Assembly: GCF_009834535.1 (NCBI RefSeq)
Contig: NC_045696.1
Location: 61,630,001-61,694,000, forward strand
Length of the DNA stretch: 64,000 nt
Direction of reading: 5' to 3'
Source: Camelus ferus
Taxonomy: Eukaryota
Part shown: positions 12,948-26,944 of the stretch, one piece after another
How positions within the stretch are numbered: position 1 is the first letter of the stretch
How the letters are laid out: each line of letters opens with the position of its first letter
Position numbers and translations under genes: made by a program
The notes under the pieces: model-generated
What the model was told of the DNA's origin: nothing
The model's input: only the letters and a program-made list of their open reading frames with translations
The model's database searches: none

Positions 12948-13380
12948 TATTACTTGGTCACAAAAAAGAATGAAATAATGCCATTTTCAGCAACATAGAT
13001 GAACCTGGAGATTATCATACTAAGTGAAGTAAATCAGGAAAAGAAAGACAAATATCATATGATATCACTTATATGTGGAATCTAAAATATGATACAAATC
13101 AACTTATTTACAAAACAGAAAGAGACTCACAGACATAGAATGCAAATTTATTGTTACCAAAGGGAAAAGGGTGCTGGGGAGGGATAAATTAGGAGTTTGG
13201 GATTAGCAGATACAAACTGCTATATATAAAATAAACAGCAAGGTCCTACTGTATAGCACAGGGAACTATATTCAATATCTTGTAACAACCTATAATGAAA
13301 AAGAATATATGAAAAAGAATCCATTTGCTGTACACTAGAAACTAACACAACATTGTATATCACCTATACTTCAATTTAAA
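12395..13380 (+). mobile_element. 5'-truncated LINE-1 with 14-bp TSD, carrying a nested insertion
   Basis: ORF2 end (PYDPAIPL...TCTPMFIAALFTIAKTWKQPKCPSTDEWIKKIW), 3' UTR and A tail. TSD aaaaacagcccaga at 12381-12394 and 13381-13394. Confidence 0.93.
12910..12943. repeat. (CA)n microsatellite
   Basis: Direct reading of the sequence. Confidence 0.95.
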
Positions 13381-13649
13381 AAAAACAGCCCAGAAAATAT
13401 TGACTATCATGGATCCAAGCCTTAGGTACACAATCCTCTTTTAGCCAAAAAGAAGAAGAGAATCATTTCTAATCTCTAAGGGATGAGAACTCCTTTCTTG
13501 TTAACAAGGGATACTAGATGCCCAATGTTTTCTGAAATATAAAAATATACAATTAATTTATATATTTAAATTATATAAACTAAGTATATATATTTATTAT
13601 ATATTTATATTATACTTAATAAAATAGTTGTGTAATATATAATAATACT

Positions 13650-14060
13650 ATAGTTATTATATATTAATAATCTTGTTAGCAACACTCTCCAATGTAGGAT
13701 TAATGATCATTATGTATTAAATAAGAAATCTGTAGCTTCAAAATCTTCAAAACATTAAAAGACATCTTAAAAGGTGATAAAGGGAGAGTTCAATAGCACT
13801 GAAATATTTTTACTTTGAAAAGCAAAATATATGTACGTGAAACACTCAGCAACTAAACGAGGAACTCTGCACAAATTCAAGAGAATATGGTCAAAATTTT
13901 ATGTCACTCTGTCACTTAGTATGTTTTCAACCATTTGCTTTAGAGTGCAATGACTGAGAAACAAGATGTTTTACATATGTATTTTCCAGATAACTGGGAA
14001 GTATCAACTTAAGCATTAATTTTTAAAATTCTGATTAAAAAATTCTTAAACATCATGTAC
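13650..14060 (-). mobile_element. Degraded hAT (Charlie-like) transposase fragment
   Basis: AT-rich. The reverse strand near 13940-13990 reads YICKTSCFSVIAL, reminiscent of the hAT dimerisation-domain motif YLCExGFS. Confidence 0.4.
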
Positions 14061-14099
14061 TTCACTTTCTTACTAAGAAACTGAGTCTATAGATTCTGG

Positions 14100-15025
14100 G
14101 GTTTTTTTCTAGTTTTATTTTGTTTATTTATTTTTATATAAAAGCTTTGTTGAGATATAACTCACATGCCAAGCTCATATTAAGTATATGATTCCATGTC
14201 TTAAAGCATATTCACAGAGCTGTGCAACCATCACCACAATCAATTTTAGAACATTGTCATCATTTCAAATGGAAACTCCATGCCCATTAGCAATTTCTCC
14301 CCAACTTTCCCCAAACCCCCAACCTACGTAACTACTAATCATTCTATTTCTATAGATTTGCCTATTCTGGATATTTGTTACAAATAGAATCATATAATAT
14401 GTGGTCTTTTGTGACTGACTTCTTTCACTTAATAAAATATTTTCAAGGTTCATTTGTGTTGTAGTATCTGTATTTCATTTTTTTAATGGATGATTAGCAT
14501 TCTATTGTATGGCTATTACCACATTTTGTATATCCATCGATCCCTCAATGGATATTTAGGTTGTTTCCACTTTTTGATGATCATGGGTAATGCTGCTAGG
14601 AACATTTGTATAGAAGTTTTTTGTGGACAAAATGTTTTCATTTGGGGAAGGGGTACCTAGGAATGAGACTGCTGAATCATATGATATCTCCATGTTTCAT
14701 CTTTTGAGGAACTGCCAGAATACTTTCCAAAGTTTCTGTACCAATTTATATTCCTATCAGTGGTGTGTGAGAGTCCCAATTTCTCTCCACCTTTGCCAGT
14801 ATTTGTTATCTGTCTTTTTTATTTCAGCCACCTTTGTGGGTGTGAAGTGGTATCTCATGGTGGTTGTGTTACATTTCCCTGATGGCAATGATACTGAGCA
14901 TCTTTTCATGTGCTTATCGGCCATTTGTATATTTTCTGGAGAAATGTATGTTCATGTCCTTTGCCCATTTTTTAATTGGGTTATTATCTTTTTATTACTG
15001 AGCTGTAAAAATTCTTTATATAAGT
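14100..15025 (-). mobile_element. LINE-1 (L1MB-like) 3' region
   Basis: Minus ORF MNLENILLSERSQSQKTTYYMI and 'gtgcaaccatcaccacaatcaattttagaaca'. Confidence 0.9.
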
Positions 15026-16534
15026 TAGTCAGTTCTTGATGTCTTAGAGCCTTCTTATGGGAATCAGTGACTGAGATTCACTGTGATACTGAGGTTCCCT
15101 CCTCTTGGATCCATGCAGGGCTGCCTGCCCTATATTAAAAGGCAAGACAGTGCTTTCAGAGAGAACCAAAAGGTATTTGTAAGAGCATGTCCTTATATAT
15201 TTTTATATATCTCTTTTCTTACTTTCTCTGCTATCATCCCCTGTTCTCACAGCTCTAAATATTTATGATTACTCTAGGTAGAAGCCAAAGGTGACAGCTT
15301 ATCCCATGAATGAGATGCTTGGGTTTTGAGACAGCTTTCTGCTGTGTTTTAGGTGATTTAGTTACCAGGAATTTAATTTCTGAAAGACTTAGTGGTATTT
15401 TATACAAGTAGAGATAGAACATTGAATAGGGTGGGATTAACTGAGGCAGGTTTTGAGGAGGGGAGTCTTTAGAGAAATCCCCAATGAGGTCGTGACGATA
15501 ACCTGGCAGAGGAGATTCCTGTAGGAGGGTTTCTGCACGTTGTGCATGGGAATTTCACCACTGGCATGACTGATCTTAGTAACTATGGCAAGAAGTGATG
15601 AAAAGGAAGTCTCCTTCAGAGTGGGGAAGGGTCTAAATTCAGCCTTTGAGCTCATTGCCAGGCTGATAATAATTGGTATGATAGGTCAGTCTTCCTCTGG
15701 CTTGATGGTGTGAGAATAAAAGAAAAAAATCACTCCTCCCTGTTTCTGTCTTACCAGCCTCTCCTGACTCTTTCAACCCCGCCCTGCCCCCAGCTTGTGG
15801 CTAAACTGCCCAACTGCCAATTAAAACCCACACTTCCCAGCATGCCTTGCACCACCCAGAAGTCCCAGTCCCCACCATTCATTCTGCTCCCCAGCTGAAA
15901 GCAGCTCTAGCAAACAACCTTCCAGATTCAGGGCCTCTTGCTCTCTGGGGGCCTCTCCCCGCTGCCTCCCTTGACTGTGGCTGAACCTGCTACCACTTGA
16001 CAGCAAACCACACTTGACACAGGAACAGGAAGGAGAACGGGGCCCACTGCCCTCGGCCTCTATGAAATCAACAGGGTTGTACTCCTTCTCCTCCCACAGC
16101 TACTGAGCCTTCCACCCTTCTTTCCTCTCTCCCAGGCTCTCAGGAGGCCCAGTGGCCTCCTTTGGTGATCTTATCCTTGATGTGGAGACCTTCTGGGGTA
16201 GGTGAATGGGAAATGAATTGAGGAGCTCTTGACCTGTGCTTTGTGGCAGTTTGCACATTGCCCCACTGACACGGCCTCTCTGGCCTCAGTCACCAACACC
16301 TCCCCCGCCCCACATGCACTCCCTCACTCCTCAGGACCCTGCTCCTACAGCTGACCTCCGGGCCTGCAGCCCTCCCTGTTCTTGGAATCCCACCACCACC
16401 TTTTTCTTCTTTTGCCTCTCGGAGCAGCCAGAACCTTGTCTTGTGGTTATGCTTTTCATTCTGCTGCCATTCTAGAATGCCACAGCTGTTGGGAAACACG
16501 ACCAGGCAGTGGGACAAGCCAGCTTCAAATCCCT

Positions 16535-16847
16535 GTAAAGTCCACAATTCTGAAATCCACAAAGCTCCGAAAAGCAAAGGCTTTTTTTGTGAGTTTGACC
16601 CAGACTCATTTGGTTGCAAAACTTGGCCTGAGCTGACAAAAGCCCATTTTGTTCACTTTATCTTTTGCCCACTTAATGTGAATTTTTATTTTTGTCACCA
16701 AAACATTAATGTGTTGATTTTAGGGTAGAGTTCTAGACCCCGTTGGAGGAATTATATAATAGATGGTAAATGCACCATGTAAACCATGAAAAATTGTGAT
16801 TTTTGAAGCACTCTGGTCCCCAAATTTCAGGGAATTTTGGACCTGTA
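16535..16847. mobile_element. MER46C-like TcMar-Tigger MITE
   Basis: 'gtccacaattctgaaatcc...ctcatttggttgcaaaacttggcctgagctgac...ttggacctgta', with inverted termini. Confidence 0.8.
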
Positions 16848-17829
16848 CTATAATGCTGCCCAAAAGAGAACTGGATAATTAACAATATACATCCAAGTGA
16901 CAGAATAATATAGAACTAATCAAAAAATCATGTCCATGAAAATTTAGGGACAAAGGAAAACAATTCTAATGTGTTGTTATAGATTATGTGTGTAAACTTG
17001 CAAAAGAGCATGTGGAAGCTGATCTCAGTATTTTTTAAAAAGCGTATTGTACATGCATTAAAAAAGCTTGACCTGCAATACACCGTAATGTTAACAGTGA
17101 CTTGTCTCTGTACTGTGGGTCTGTGGTTGATTTTCTTCTCTTTTAGCCTTTTTAGCATTTATGTAGTACTTTTATAATCAGGAACTTTTTTGAAAAACCA
17201 GTAACCATTTCTAAAAACAAGTTGGGACTGACCCTTTCTACTGCAGGGCCTTAGGCAAATGACGTGATCAATCTGAGCCCAATTTTCTCTTTGGTAAATT
17301 GAGACCATTAGTATCTATTTAACGGAGTCATTGAGGGACAATGTATGTACCTGGGTGGCAGGTAGCGATGACTGTGGGCCTTGTGTCAAGGTACCTTTCT
17401 CCTCTACCAGGCGTGGGCTGCCCACTGTCGTTACGCAATAGTGCAGACCAAGTCTCCCACACCATATGGAAACAAAGATGATTAACAGTCCTTTCAGGTC
17501 TGCCTTTCCTTCTCCCTGTCATATGACCTTAATATCCACCACGTGCAGAGGGTCTGCCACTTTGCCAAAGTTAACCCCCACCTAGAGACCCGATCCCATC
17601 TCCACTCATCTCTCCCTGACCTGTTCTGCCGAGGAAATAGATTTACACGGTACCTCACATTTTACAAAAGATGTTCACAAACTGACTCCTCCCTTCAAAC
17701 CTTAATTCTTGAAAGAATACTAGTCCTCTCTGTGCTTATTTTCATACCCCTAGTCACCAGCTAACCAACACTTGGCAACCCGGCTCCTGATCCCATGACT
17801 CTGCCACATTCTTTTTAAGAGCACTCACT

Positions 17830-18380
17830 CACTCATCCACATGGTCCACATATATTTATAAGCACCTAGTATGTGTCAGGCTCTGTTCTAGGCACTGGGC
17901 TACAGCAGTTAGTAAACAAATTTCTTTACCTCAGGAGCATACAGTCTAGTTTGGGAGGCAGACAATTAGCAAGTAAATATATAATATCAGGCAGTGACAT
18001 GAATTAAAAAATGTGAAGACAAAGTTAAGTAAGGGGAAAGTGATGGAGGTGTGTGCACCATTTTAGCTGGTGTGATCAGGGGAGGCCTCTTTGAGGAGAT
18101 GAACATTTGAGCAGAGGCCTAAAGGAAGTTAAAGAGTGAGCTGTTTGGACACCTAGGGGAGGAGGAGAGCATTCTGGGTCTAGGAAAGAGAAAATGGTAA
18201 AGGCCCTGAGACAGAAGGCTACTTGGTTTACATGAGCTGCACGGAGGATGTCATGCTCTGAGTGGAGTAAGTGAGGAAGAAAGTGGCCGGGTATGAAATC
18301 CAAGGGAGGAGGGTTACGGAACCCCACCAGCAGGGCCTTGAGCCCTCAGTAAGGACTGGGGTTCAGATTTGTCAGTTATG
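17830..18380 (-). mobile_element. L2 LINE 3' fragment
   Basis: 'atatttataagcacctagtatgtgtcaggctctgttctaggcactggg...ggaggcctctttgaggagatgaacatttgagcagaggcct'. Confidence 0.8.
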
Positions 18381-21300
18381 AAAAATGATTTCTCAATGAC
18401 CAACAAATGACTTTTCCCAAGTCCTCAACCTCTCCAGCTGCTCTAGCACAAGTGACACTTTAACCTTCATTCATTTAAGAAACTTTCACAGGGAGCCTAC
18501 TAGGTGCTAGACTAGGTGTTGCTGAAGATACGTACAAATGTGGACAAACCATCGTGCAGGCCTGCCAGGTCTCACTGCCCCAGGGAAAAGGCAGAACTGT
18601 GACGTGTAGACGGTGATGCCCCTTGCGCAGCACTGGACAGAACCGTGAATGAAGTCCTGTGAAGACACAAAGAGATGCCATCATTGCTTCTACAGTCTCT
18701 CCTCCTCAGCATGGCTTTATCTCATCATCAAATTCAGCTTCCTTATGTCTTCTTCAGTCTTTGACTCCATGCCCAGTCCCATCTCATGAGGATCTAGTTG
18801 AGATGCCACCTTTTTCTTAAAGCTTTCCTTAAAGTCCCCACCATCTGTGCTCTCCCTCCCATGACTCTCCCAGCACCTCCATGGTTTTCCATGATTCCCT
18901 TCCACTCTGCCCTGAACTGGACCACAGTTAGTTTTGTGTGTCCTTCCCCACTGATATTGTACTGCCGGCCACACCCTGACACTGACATTATACTTCTGTA
19001 AGCATCTTGCCATCTTTGCACAATGTGAAATCTTTTATCATACGTTGATATGGTCTGTGTTTCCAGAAAAGGAAGTGTTCCCACGACGTCAGTCGCTGGA
19101 ATTATTGGCTGAGGGGTGCTGTGGGCTGATCATCCTGGGAGATCTGTGTGAACTGCTTAAGGCCCCACCTGCTTTGGCAACAAGGAGCAAGAGGAGCTGA
19201 CCTCAGGATTTGAGACCCACCCAGATGTGTAGAGAAGAGGAGTAAACACGCCGGGAAGAACCTTCAGCCAAGCCAGTCCCACTTGCCCTCAGTCTTTGGG
19301 CTGACCCCTAAGCTTCTCCAGAACTGGCATCAGGAGGGGTTCAGTGAAGCCAGTGTGGGTGGTGGCCTCTCCCCTTTCCGTTTTGATCTTTGGTTCTTAA
19401 AAACTACATTCCAAATGAGGGAAATGAAACTACTGAAGACTCTCCCCCAACAACCAGCCGACATGGGGCAAGAGAACAATTCCCAGTTTAGGCCCCAAAG
19501 GAAATCCCCTCCCAGTCATGTGTCGAGGCCTGGAGAAGCGGGGGAGGTGCTAGTTCACTGCTTGGCCAGGCCCAGCCTCCAGGGTGAAGGGCCAGGATGG
19601 AAGGGCTTCACTGTCTGTGGCCAGGGCCAGAGAGCCCAGGGCTGCGTGGGAAACACGGCAAGTGAGAGCGAGAGGATGGAAATCCTGGGCTTGGGGTGAG
19701 CTGCCAGTTCCAGAGGGAGACCCCGCTGCTCGCTCCATGGCTGGGCGCAGTGACGGTACTCTCCTCGCACGGACCCATCTGTGGGAGGAAGCTGGCCCCT
19801 GTCTCCCACTGGATCCTTTGCACACTTTGCCCTGACTCGGAGGTGTCTCCCTTCACGGTCTCTACTGTAGGTCTCCAACCCCTTCAGTTTTGAATAATAT
19901 CTGGTTATTGTCTGAAAAAGCAGTGGGATGGGAGAGCAGAAGCCAGAGATCCTTTGATCTCTTTGGGAGACTGAGAAGTCCTACCAGTGACAGACTACTG
20001 TAAAGCTTAGTTTAAGAAAGAAAGGGTGTGGGGAACCCTCAGAAGGCAATATCTAGAGAATCATCAACAAGGTAGATTTAATTCCTTCCTTTTTTCCTTC
20101 CTTCTCTTCCTTCCTTCCTTCTTGAGCAAATATTTACTAAGCCCCTTTCTGTGCACTGGGCAATATGCTTTTTGGAATAACACATGACCTCTTCCCTCAA
20201 GAAGTTTGTAGTGTAGTTGGGGAAACAAGACAGAAATTCTAAAAGTTAGATCATGGTACAAGAGATATCATGAGGCCAGTGTATACTGTCGATACTTGTG
20301 ACCATGTGTTCAGAGGAAGAGGTGGAGGCATCACAGGCGAGGGGAGCGCAAACTGTGCCTTCGAGATGGGGAGGGCATGGTGGACAGCTGAGAGGCCATT
20401 CCAAGCAAGGGAACCCTCTGACAGAGGGAGCACAGAGTGGGGAGCATTTGCTCTGTATTTAGGGATGAAATGCACTTGTGGACCACGTGTTGAAGTCTGG
20501 GAATGAACAGTGACAAGAAGCTGGAGACATGATCAGGTTGAATGAGGCACCTGGACTTTCTCCTCCAGCTGGGAACTGCCCAGCTCCTTGCTTTCACCTC
20601 AGATCTCCTCAGAGAACCAGATGTGCTGCTTGACACTGAACTTGTCTCTGTTATTTATGGTTGAGCACAGGAATGGGCACAAACTCCACAACAATGGCAC
20701 AGGCTCAAAGAAAAAGGTACATGGTCCCCCAGACTCTCACCATCATGTGGAGGGATGTGCTTGACCAGGGCAGGGCTGAATGCACAGTGGGTTGTGCTCC
20801 GGAGGAAGCACACTCATCCCCTCTGCCTTGAGCAGCATGGTTCGGAGGGGGCCCAGAGCACCCAACCACATTGGAGAATCCTGAGCTGTGCAGTCAGGGT
20901 TACAGCCTTGCCGGCATGAAAAACATTGTTTCCAGCAGCACTGGTGTCATCTGGAAGTCCTAGGTCCTGCCTGTGAGCCAGCTTGTTGCTAGACTAGAAG
21001 GAGAGCTGTTGGTGTTATTTACCAACAAACCGGCTTGCCTCCGCACACCCATCAAGACCACTGGTTTTCTAAGTTCTTTGGAGAGGAAGCAGCTGCCTTT
21101 CTCAAAAGAAATTTAATCGAGAACCTCAATGTATAAAACATTTAAAAGTGGAATTGCTTGGGATAAGGTTGGGATGGAATGCCAGGAGTCCCACCAGACA
21201 GTCCTTAGGAAACTTGAACCTGCTGAACCTGGTCTTAAACTGCTGATCCAGGTAAGAGACAATGACAAGCCATGAAAGGGCTATAAGTAGGGAGTAAGAT

Positions 21301-22569
21301 AATCCAATATATACTTTAGAAAGCTGCCCATGGCCGCTGGGTGGAATCTATATTGGAGGTAGGGAGCCCAGGTTAAGGAAGCTACTAAAATGATCCAGGC
21401 CTGCATTGATAAGGTCTAGACTGAGGGCAGTGGCAGCAAGGATGAAGAGTAGGTTAGGATTCAAGAAACATTTCTGAGTTAGAGTCCGCAGGAATAGGTA
21501 ACCAATTCCATAGGAGGGGTGGAGTCTGAGAGAGCTGGACTCCCCTGATGGAGGCATGCCAGAAATAGTGACAGCCAAACAGGGCGAGAAACCAGCTAGG
21601 CCAAAGGATGAGTTCAGTTTAGGACACATTGTGCTTTGGCCACTCTGGGACATTGACCAACAGAGAGTTTAAAATATTTCTGGATCCCTTCTCTCCTAGG
21701 AGAGAATGTTGGAGCTAGAAATTACAATTTGGGACTAATCAACATATGGGTAGACACAAAAGGCATGGGGGTAGAAAATGTGCATACTATGAGAAGAAAA
21801 AAGCCCAAAAGACAACCTTGGTTTGTGATAATTTGACTTTTACTTGGTTTTTTCATTGGTGGTCTCATTATTACCATTACAAATGAATATTTTAGGGAGC
21901 AGAGACAATTTACTGGATGTTTGGGGCAGGAAGGACTTGTTCCTGTTCTCTTAGGATGCACATGCCAGTGATAATAATGCAATAGAGAATCACAAATCAT
22001 CAGGCTACTAGAGCTGCGAGCCAGCCCTCCAGGTCACTTCAGCTCTGCAGATCGGTTGGGAAAGAGCAGAACAGGAGATCCTGTCTCTGATTCCCCTGCT
22101 GTGCTTGTTTGCATTACTCATTCCGCATGCAGCAGACACTGTAAATATTTTGCCTTCTCCACTAGATGGTAAGCTTTTTGAGAACAGGAGCTATGAGATA
22201 ATGCATAGGAAGCTCTTAGCGTAGGGGCTGGTACCCCTTGGATAGTGGCTACCATTAATTCAATTATTCTTTTGAATTCTTGGCAAGAGCTCGCAGGGAA
22301 TTTTCTACCCATCAGGTACAAAAAGTTCATCCATGCAGCCTACGCTCAAGAAGTACCTAGCAGGCTGACAGCCCTCCCCAAAGCAATTTCCATTTCTTTT
22401 TCTTTTTTTTATGATGTGCTGGACACATAAAAAGGGATTATTAGTAAAGACTAGCCGAATGGATGAGTCTTCCAGAAAATGGACTCTCTTTCAATCGGAA
22501 AACGTGTATTCTACCCAGTCCCACAAGCTTGACCCTTGGGCATAACCTTGAAGGAGAGTTTCTGGGTCA

Positions 22570-23200
22570 GAAAAGCTCGTAGGCAAGCGCCCCAAGCTCA
22601 CCACCCGCCTCAGAAATTCGAAGGCAAGAAAGCCCGGGGATCCTCGGTTAGCACTGCTGACCTCCTTCGCAGCTAACCCAGCAGGTAGTCCTGGGGCCAC
22701 CGCTTCCCGCCAGCCCGCCGCCCTCTCCCCGCCCCCTCGCCCCCCACCCGCGGCGGCAGTTCCCTCTAAGATGCCTGCTCTCTGTGAGTGCTGAGTCGCT
22801 GAGCAGCTCGTTCTCCATGTGACTTCAGTTTCCGTCAGTTCCTTCCGCAAGTGCTAAAATAATCTGATGCCCCAGAGAGAGCAGGCAGCCCAGCCCCGCG
22901 TTCGGCTGCTCTCGAGGAGGAGGAGGAGGCCGGAGCCCCGGGAGAGGATGCGCCCCGCGGAGCCGCCTGGGCCTGCGGGAGCCGTGAGTATTTCCTGCGG
23001 GGCGGCCTCCCCGCGCGGCGGCCGCGGCCCCTCCGGGGGCGGGCGGGCGGGCTCCGCGTGGTGGCGAGGTAGGAGGTCAGCGTCCGCGGCCCACTGCTCA
23101 GGGCTGACGGGGAAGTTGTGGGTGGCTGCGTCCAAGCTCCAACAATTCTGGGCTGGGTTTGGGGGCCACGGCTCCGGGTGGCGGTGGAAATACCTCCCTC
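22570..23200 (+). promoter_or_regulatory. CpG-island promoter of NRROS with GC boxes and ETS-type TTCC cores
   Basis: Sharp rise in GC and CpG content. CCGCCC/CCCCGCCCC boxes at about 22707-22750; cagtttcc and agttccttcc at about 22826-22848. Confidence 0.85.
22780..22983 (+). other. NRROS: NRROS 5' non-coding exon 1 (start approximate)
   Basis: Lies inside the only strong CpG island of the window and ends at donor GCC|GTGAGT (22984). Consistent with the known 3-exon NRROS structure with a long first intron. Confidence 0.75.
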
Positions 23201-24904
23201 TAGGAGCATGAAGAGCTGAAAAGGTCGCAAGGTGTAGTGGAAACGAGGGCTTCGGATTCAGACCTGGGTTTAATTCTGGCTCTGTGGGGAGAATTTCTGA
23301 GCCTCAGTTTCTTCATCTGTGAAATGGGAACAATAATGCCCCCTCCCTGGGCCGCTGACTGGAGATAGTGAGACTACTCTGTGAGCACTCAGCGTGCTGA
23401 CTTACGGATCTCCTTTCCTGTCCCACAACTTGGATTGAGGACCACAATTTCATAGATGAAGACACTGAGACTCGGTAACAGCAACGCATATTCATATGTA
23501 TCGTCCATGGGCAGGCGAGATCCAGGTGCTGGGGGTAGACCTGTGAAGACGACAGGCAAAGCCCCCTCCCCATAGAGAGTGTTTCCTTGGGAGATTCCCT
23601 AGGGTTCTGTTATACTTGGACCCACAGCCTAGAGACTAGATTTCAGGCCTCTCTGACCCCCTTGTCCAGGGCTCTTCTGTAGCCCTGGAAGCCTCTCCAT
23701 GTGGGCTGGATTCGGAGTGGGGTGGGGGGTGTTGTCCGGGTCTAGCATGCATCCCCCTGCACTCATGAGCTTACAGACTAAGGAGGCACCGAGCAGAGCC
23801 GGCTGCCTGCTGCTCTCAGAACAGGCTACCAGGCTTACTGCACCCCTGAGGAGAGGTGACCACGTGCCCAACTGTGGCTGGGACTCCAGGAGGCTGAGGC
23901 AGGGTGCTAAGAGTGGAGCCCCTGGATAGAGCTGATCCGGAGTGGCGCACTTCCAGGGGGAGTGAAGGGACCCCACCGGAGGTTTCACCCAGCAACGGAT
24001 ACAGCCTGTTAGGAGTCTAGACGGTAGAATCATTCAGAGTTTATACAGCTGACCTTCCGAAATCTCCCGTGCCCCTTCACCTATTGACTGTGCCGCACTG
24101 ACTCCTTCTGTGAATGCTGATGGTTTACTGGATTTTGTGGCCCTGAGATTTATTTTCTCACACACCCCATAGGTTTGTACATATATGTCTGAGAGTTCCT
24201 AGAGGGAATTTAGGATCATGGGCCAGAGGGTGGGGGAAAGCCCCACAAAACTCAGCTTCTGTCTTTAGATTAAATGAAAACCAAAACCTGTTTCACAAAG
24301 GAGGTGCTTTCATCTAATTCGTGCCTTCATGGGAACTTCATGAAAATCCATGTAAACCTGGTTCCGCAGAGTCCTTAAACCCATCATCCAAGAGCAGGCT
24401 CCTGGTATCTTTGTCCCAGTGCCTGTATTAGGAATGCATTGACCTGTCTGTCTCTGGTTTTCTTGATTCTTTTGGAAGAGTGATGCTAGTACTGATTATA
24501 ACCTGCGTTCTGGCTGCAGTGTGCATCTCCACATCACAAAGTGTAAGCTAGACGCTTGGATGGACAACTAAATGTTCCTCACATCATGTTCAGATCCACA
24601 CAATAACCGCATACATTAGGGGAGGGTGGGGTTTCACCCATGACTGAAAAACATTATCTTTCTTAGGATATGCTTGTGTGCTCAGTGATGCTCACCAATG
24701 TATCTGCACATCAGTGACAAATGTTTTGCTTTATTCTACTCATTTCCCTTCAAACTATTCTTCTCAACCTCATCATCAAACAAACATCATGTGTTCAATA
24801 TGTGGGGATTCCTGGTCTAGATTAGGTGATGATCTCTGAAAGCTCAGAGAAGTGAGGAGAGGGCAAAGGGACATTGATACTTGGATCTTATCAAAGAAGC
24901 TTCA

Positions 24905-25630
24905 CAAGCAACTATCACCTTGATTTTAGGGGTCTTTTAGTTGCAAATGACAAAAACCCAACTGAACTTGGTTTCAGCAGAAAAAGAGGATTTATTGTTT
25001 TAAGTAACCAAAAAGCCTATAGGGAACAGCTCCAGGAATGGCTGGATCTGGGTGCTCAAACATTGCCAGGAATTCATCTATCTCCATTCCTCATCTTTGC
25101 TTTCCTCTGCATAGGCTTCATTATCAGGCAGATCCTAGAGTTGTTGGGAAAGATGGCTACCTGCTGCTCTAAGCTTAATTCCCACCAGTTTGGCATCTGA
25201 AGCAGGAAGAGAAAGCCTCTTTTCTAATAGTTCTAGCAAAAATCCTTGGATTGAGTCTCATGGGCTTGGCATCTGGTGATGTACCAGGTATAAACCCATC
25301 ACTGTGGTTAAGGAATCCGGAGGCTCTGATGGGCCCAGCCTTGTTCATAAGCCTCATTTAGGAGCCAGGAGTTGAGGTCAGACCCAAAAGAATATGGACT
25401 TTTTAAGAAAGGAAGGATGTTGCTTACACAACAATGTAAATGTACTTAACACTAATAATTTCTACACTTAAACATGGTTAAGGTGGTAAATTTTATGTTA
25501 GTGTATTTCACCACAAAGAAAAACAATTTTTAATAATAAGAAGAAATAAAAGAAAGGGTGGTTTCCTCAAAGGGAAATTGAGGAGCTGTTACCAGAGGGA
25601 GAAATGAATATGGCTAGGCAAAACCAACTG
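24905..25630. mobile_element. MaLR LTR (MLT1-type) interrupted by a short L1 3' tail (about 25420-25540)
   Basis: 'tagttgcaaatgacaaaaacccaactgaacttggtttcagc...ggctggatctgggtgctcaaa'. Confidence 0.7.
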
Positions 25631-26944
25631 ATTTCCAGAGCGAATGGAGTCAGGGGCTGAGACAAAACCACACATGTCTTCTCACATCAGCGCGTATGTG
25701 ATGTCAGACTGAAGAACGGGCATAAAGGAGGAAGTAGAACCCTGTCGTCCTCACCAGCAAGGTGGGCCTGGGGAGCAGTGCTGGTGCCAGGGAATGGGCT
25801 AAACGTGGCCACAAAGCCCTGTGAAGACACAGGGACTCCCCACCTCCAGCCTCAACCCACAAGGTCGCCTTGGTCAGGTGCTGTGCTGTGTACGCCAGGA
25901 AACTTTCTGGTGCCCCTTCCGAGAAAGAAAAGAAGGGGAAGGGATTTTTCCTCACAAGAGAACACTGGGGCTCTGTCTTTGCACCCTGGTTCTCTTAAGC
26001 AGGACCTAGGGGTCTGAGGCAGCACGGCACCCACAGTGCCAGGCCGGGGCTCATCTTGGGGTATGCAGTGTGTTCTCATGTCATTCTATTTTAGCTAGCA
26101 GGCTGGACCCCAGCTCCTCCTGATCTTCCCTGCTTTCACTCCTTGTCTGCCTTTCCAGTGTCTCCCCTCCGCCAAGGCTGGGCTCTCTCCGTCAGCCTGC
26201 AGTGTCTGTGGCGAGGGGCCGTGGGCCACTCCTTCACGTTCAGACGTACTAATGGTCTCCCGATCACTGCCCAGCCTGACCCCCTGAGACTTCTTCATGG
26301 GACTCTCCCAACGGCCTTTCTCTTTTTCTAGGTTACTGTGCCCTTCCTCAGGTCCCTAAACTGTGGCTTTGATTTTACTTAATATTACTGTCTTCTTATT
26401 TCCTTCTAAATCCCCAGTTTTTTCTAGGCTTTCTGGCTCTTTTTTTGCAGAGCCTCTAAAGGCCCTCATCTTTGTTATAGGAATATCTTACGGCATTAAC
26501 AGGGTACTTCATCCCCTGAGAAGACATGGCCCCCTGAACACTCAGGGGTGGTATTCAGACTGTCAGACACCACGTGGTACAGGCACTGACCAATCAGAAT
26601 GGACATTGTCTTTAGAAGCAGTGTCCTGGGGGCCCCTGCTGAGCCAGATGTTACTTCCTTGGTTACTGGATCATTGTGGACTGGGAGTTCCAAGAGAGGG
26701 GCCAGGGAGCTGGGGTGGAGTCTCAAGGGATGCCTATTTACCAACAAATACATTCCTGTGCAACCCAGCTGAACTTTCATCCAACATGTGTTCCTCCCAG
26801 GCAGGTGCACATCCAGCATCTACTGCCTGGGCCAGAGCTCAGCTCTAGTTTTGGCTTCACTGTCTACAAGCTATGTGACTTAAGCAATTCACTTTAGCCT
26901 TTTTGAGTCTTGGATTTCTTATTTGTAAAATGGGGATAATAAGC

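Noticed and set aside
22854..22864. Possible MEF2 site gctaaaataa in exon 1
   Set aside because: One A/T short of the YTA(W)4TAR consensus.
22491..23230. Several 93-131 aa ORFs in the CpG island
   Set aside because: Stop-codon depletion caused by high GC. Only the exonic part of the 22867 frame is kept, as a uORF.
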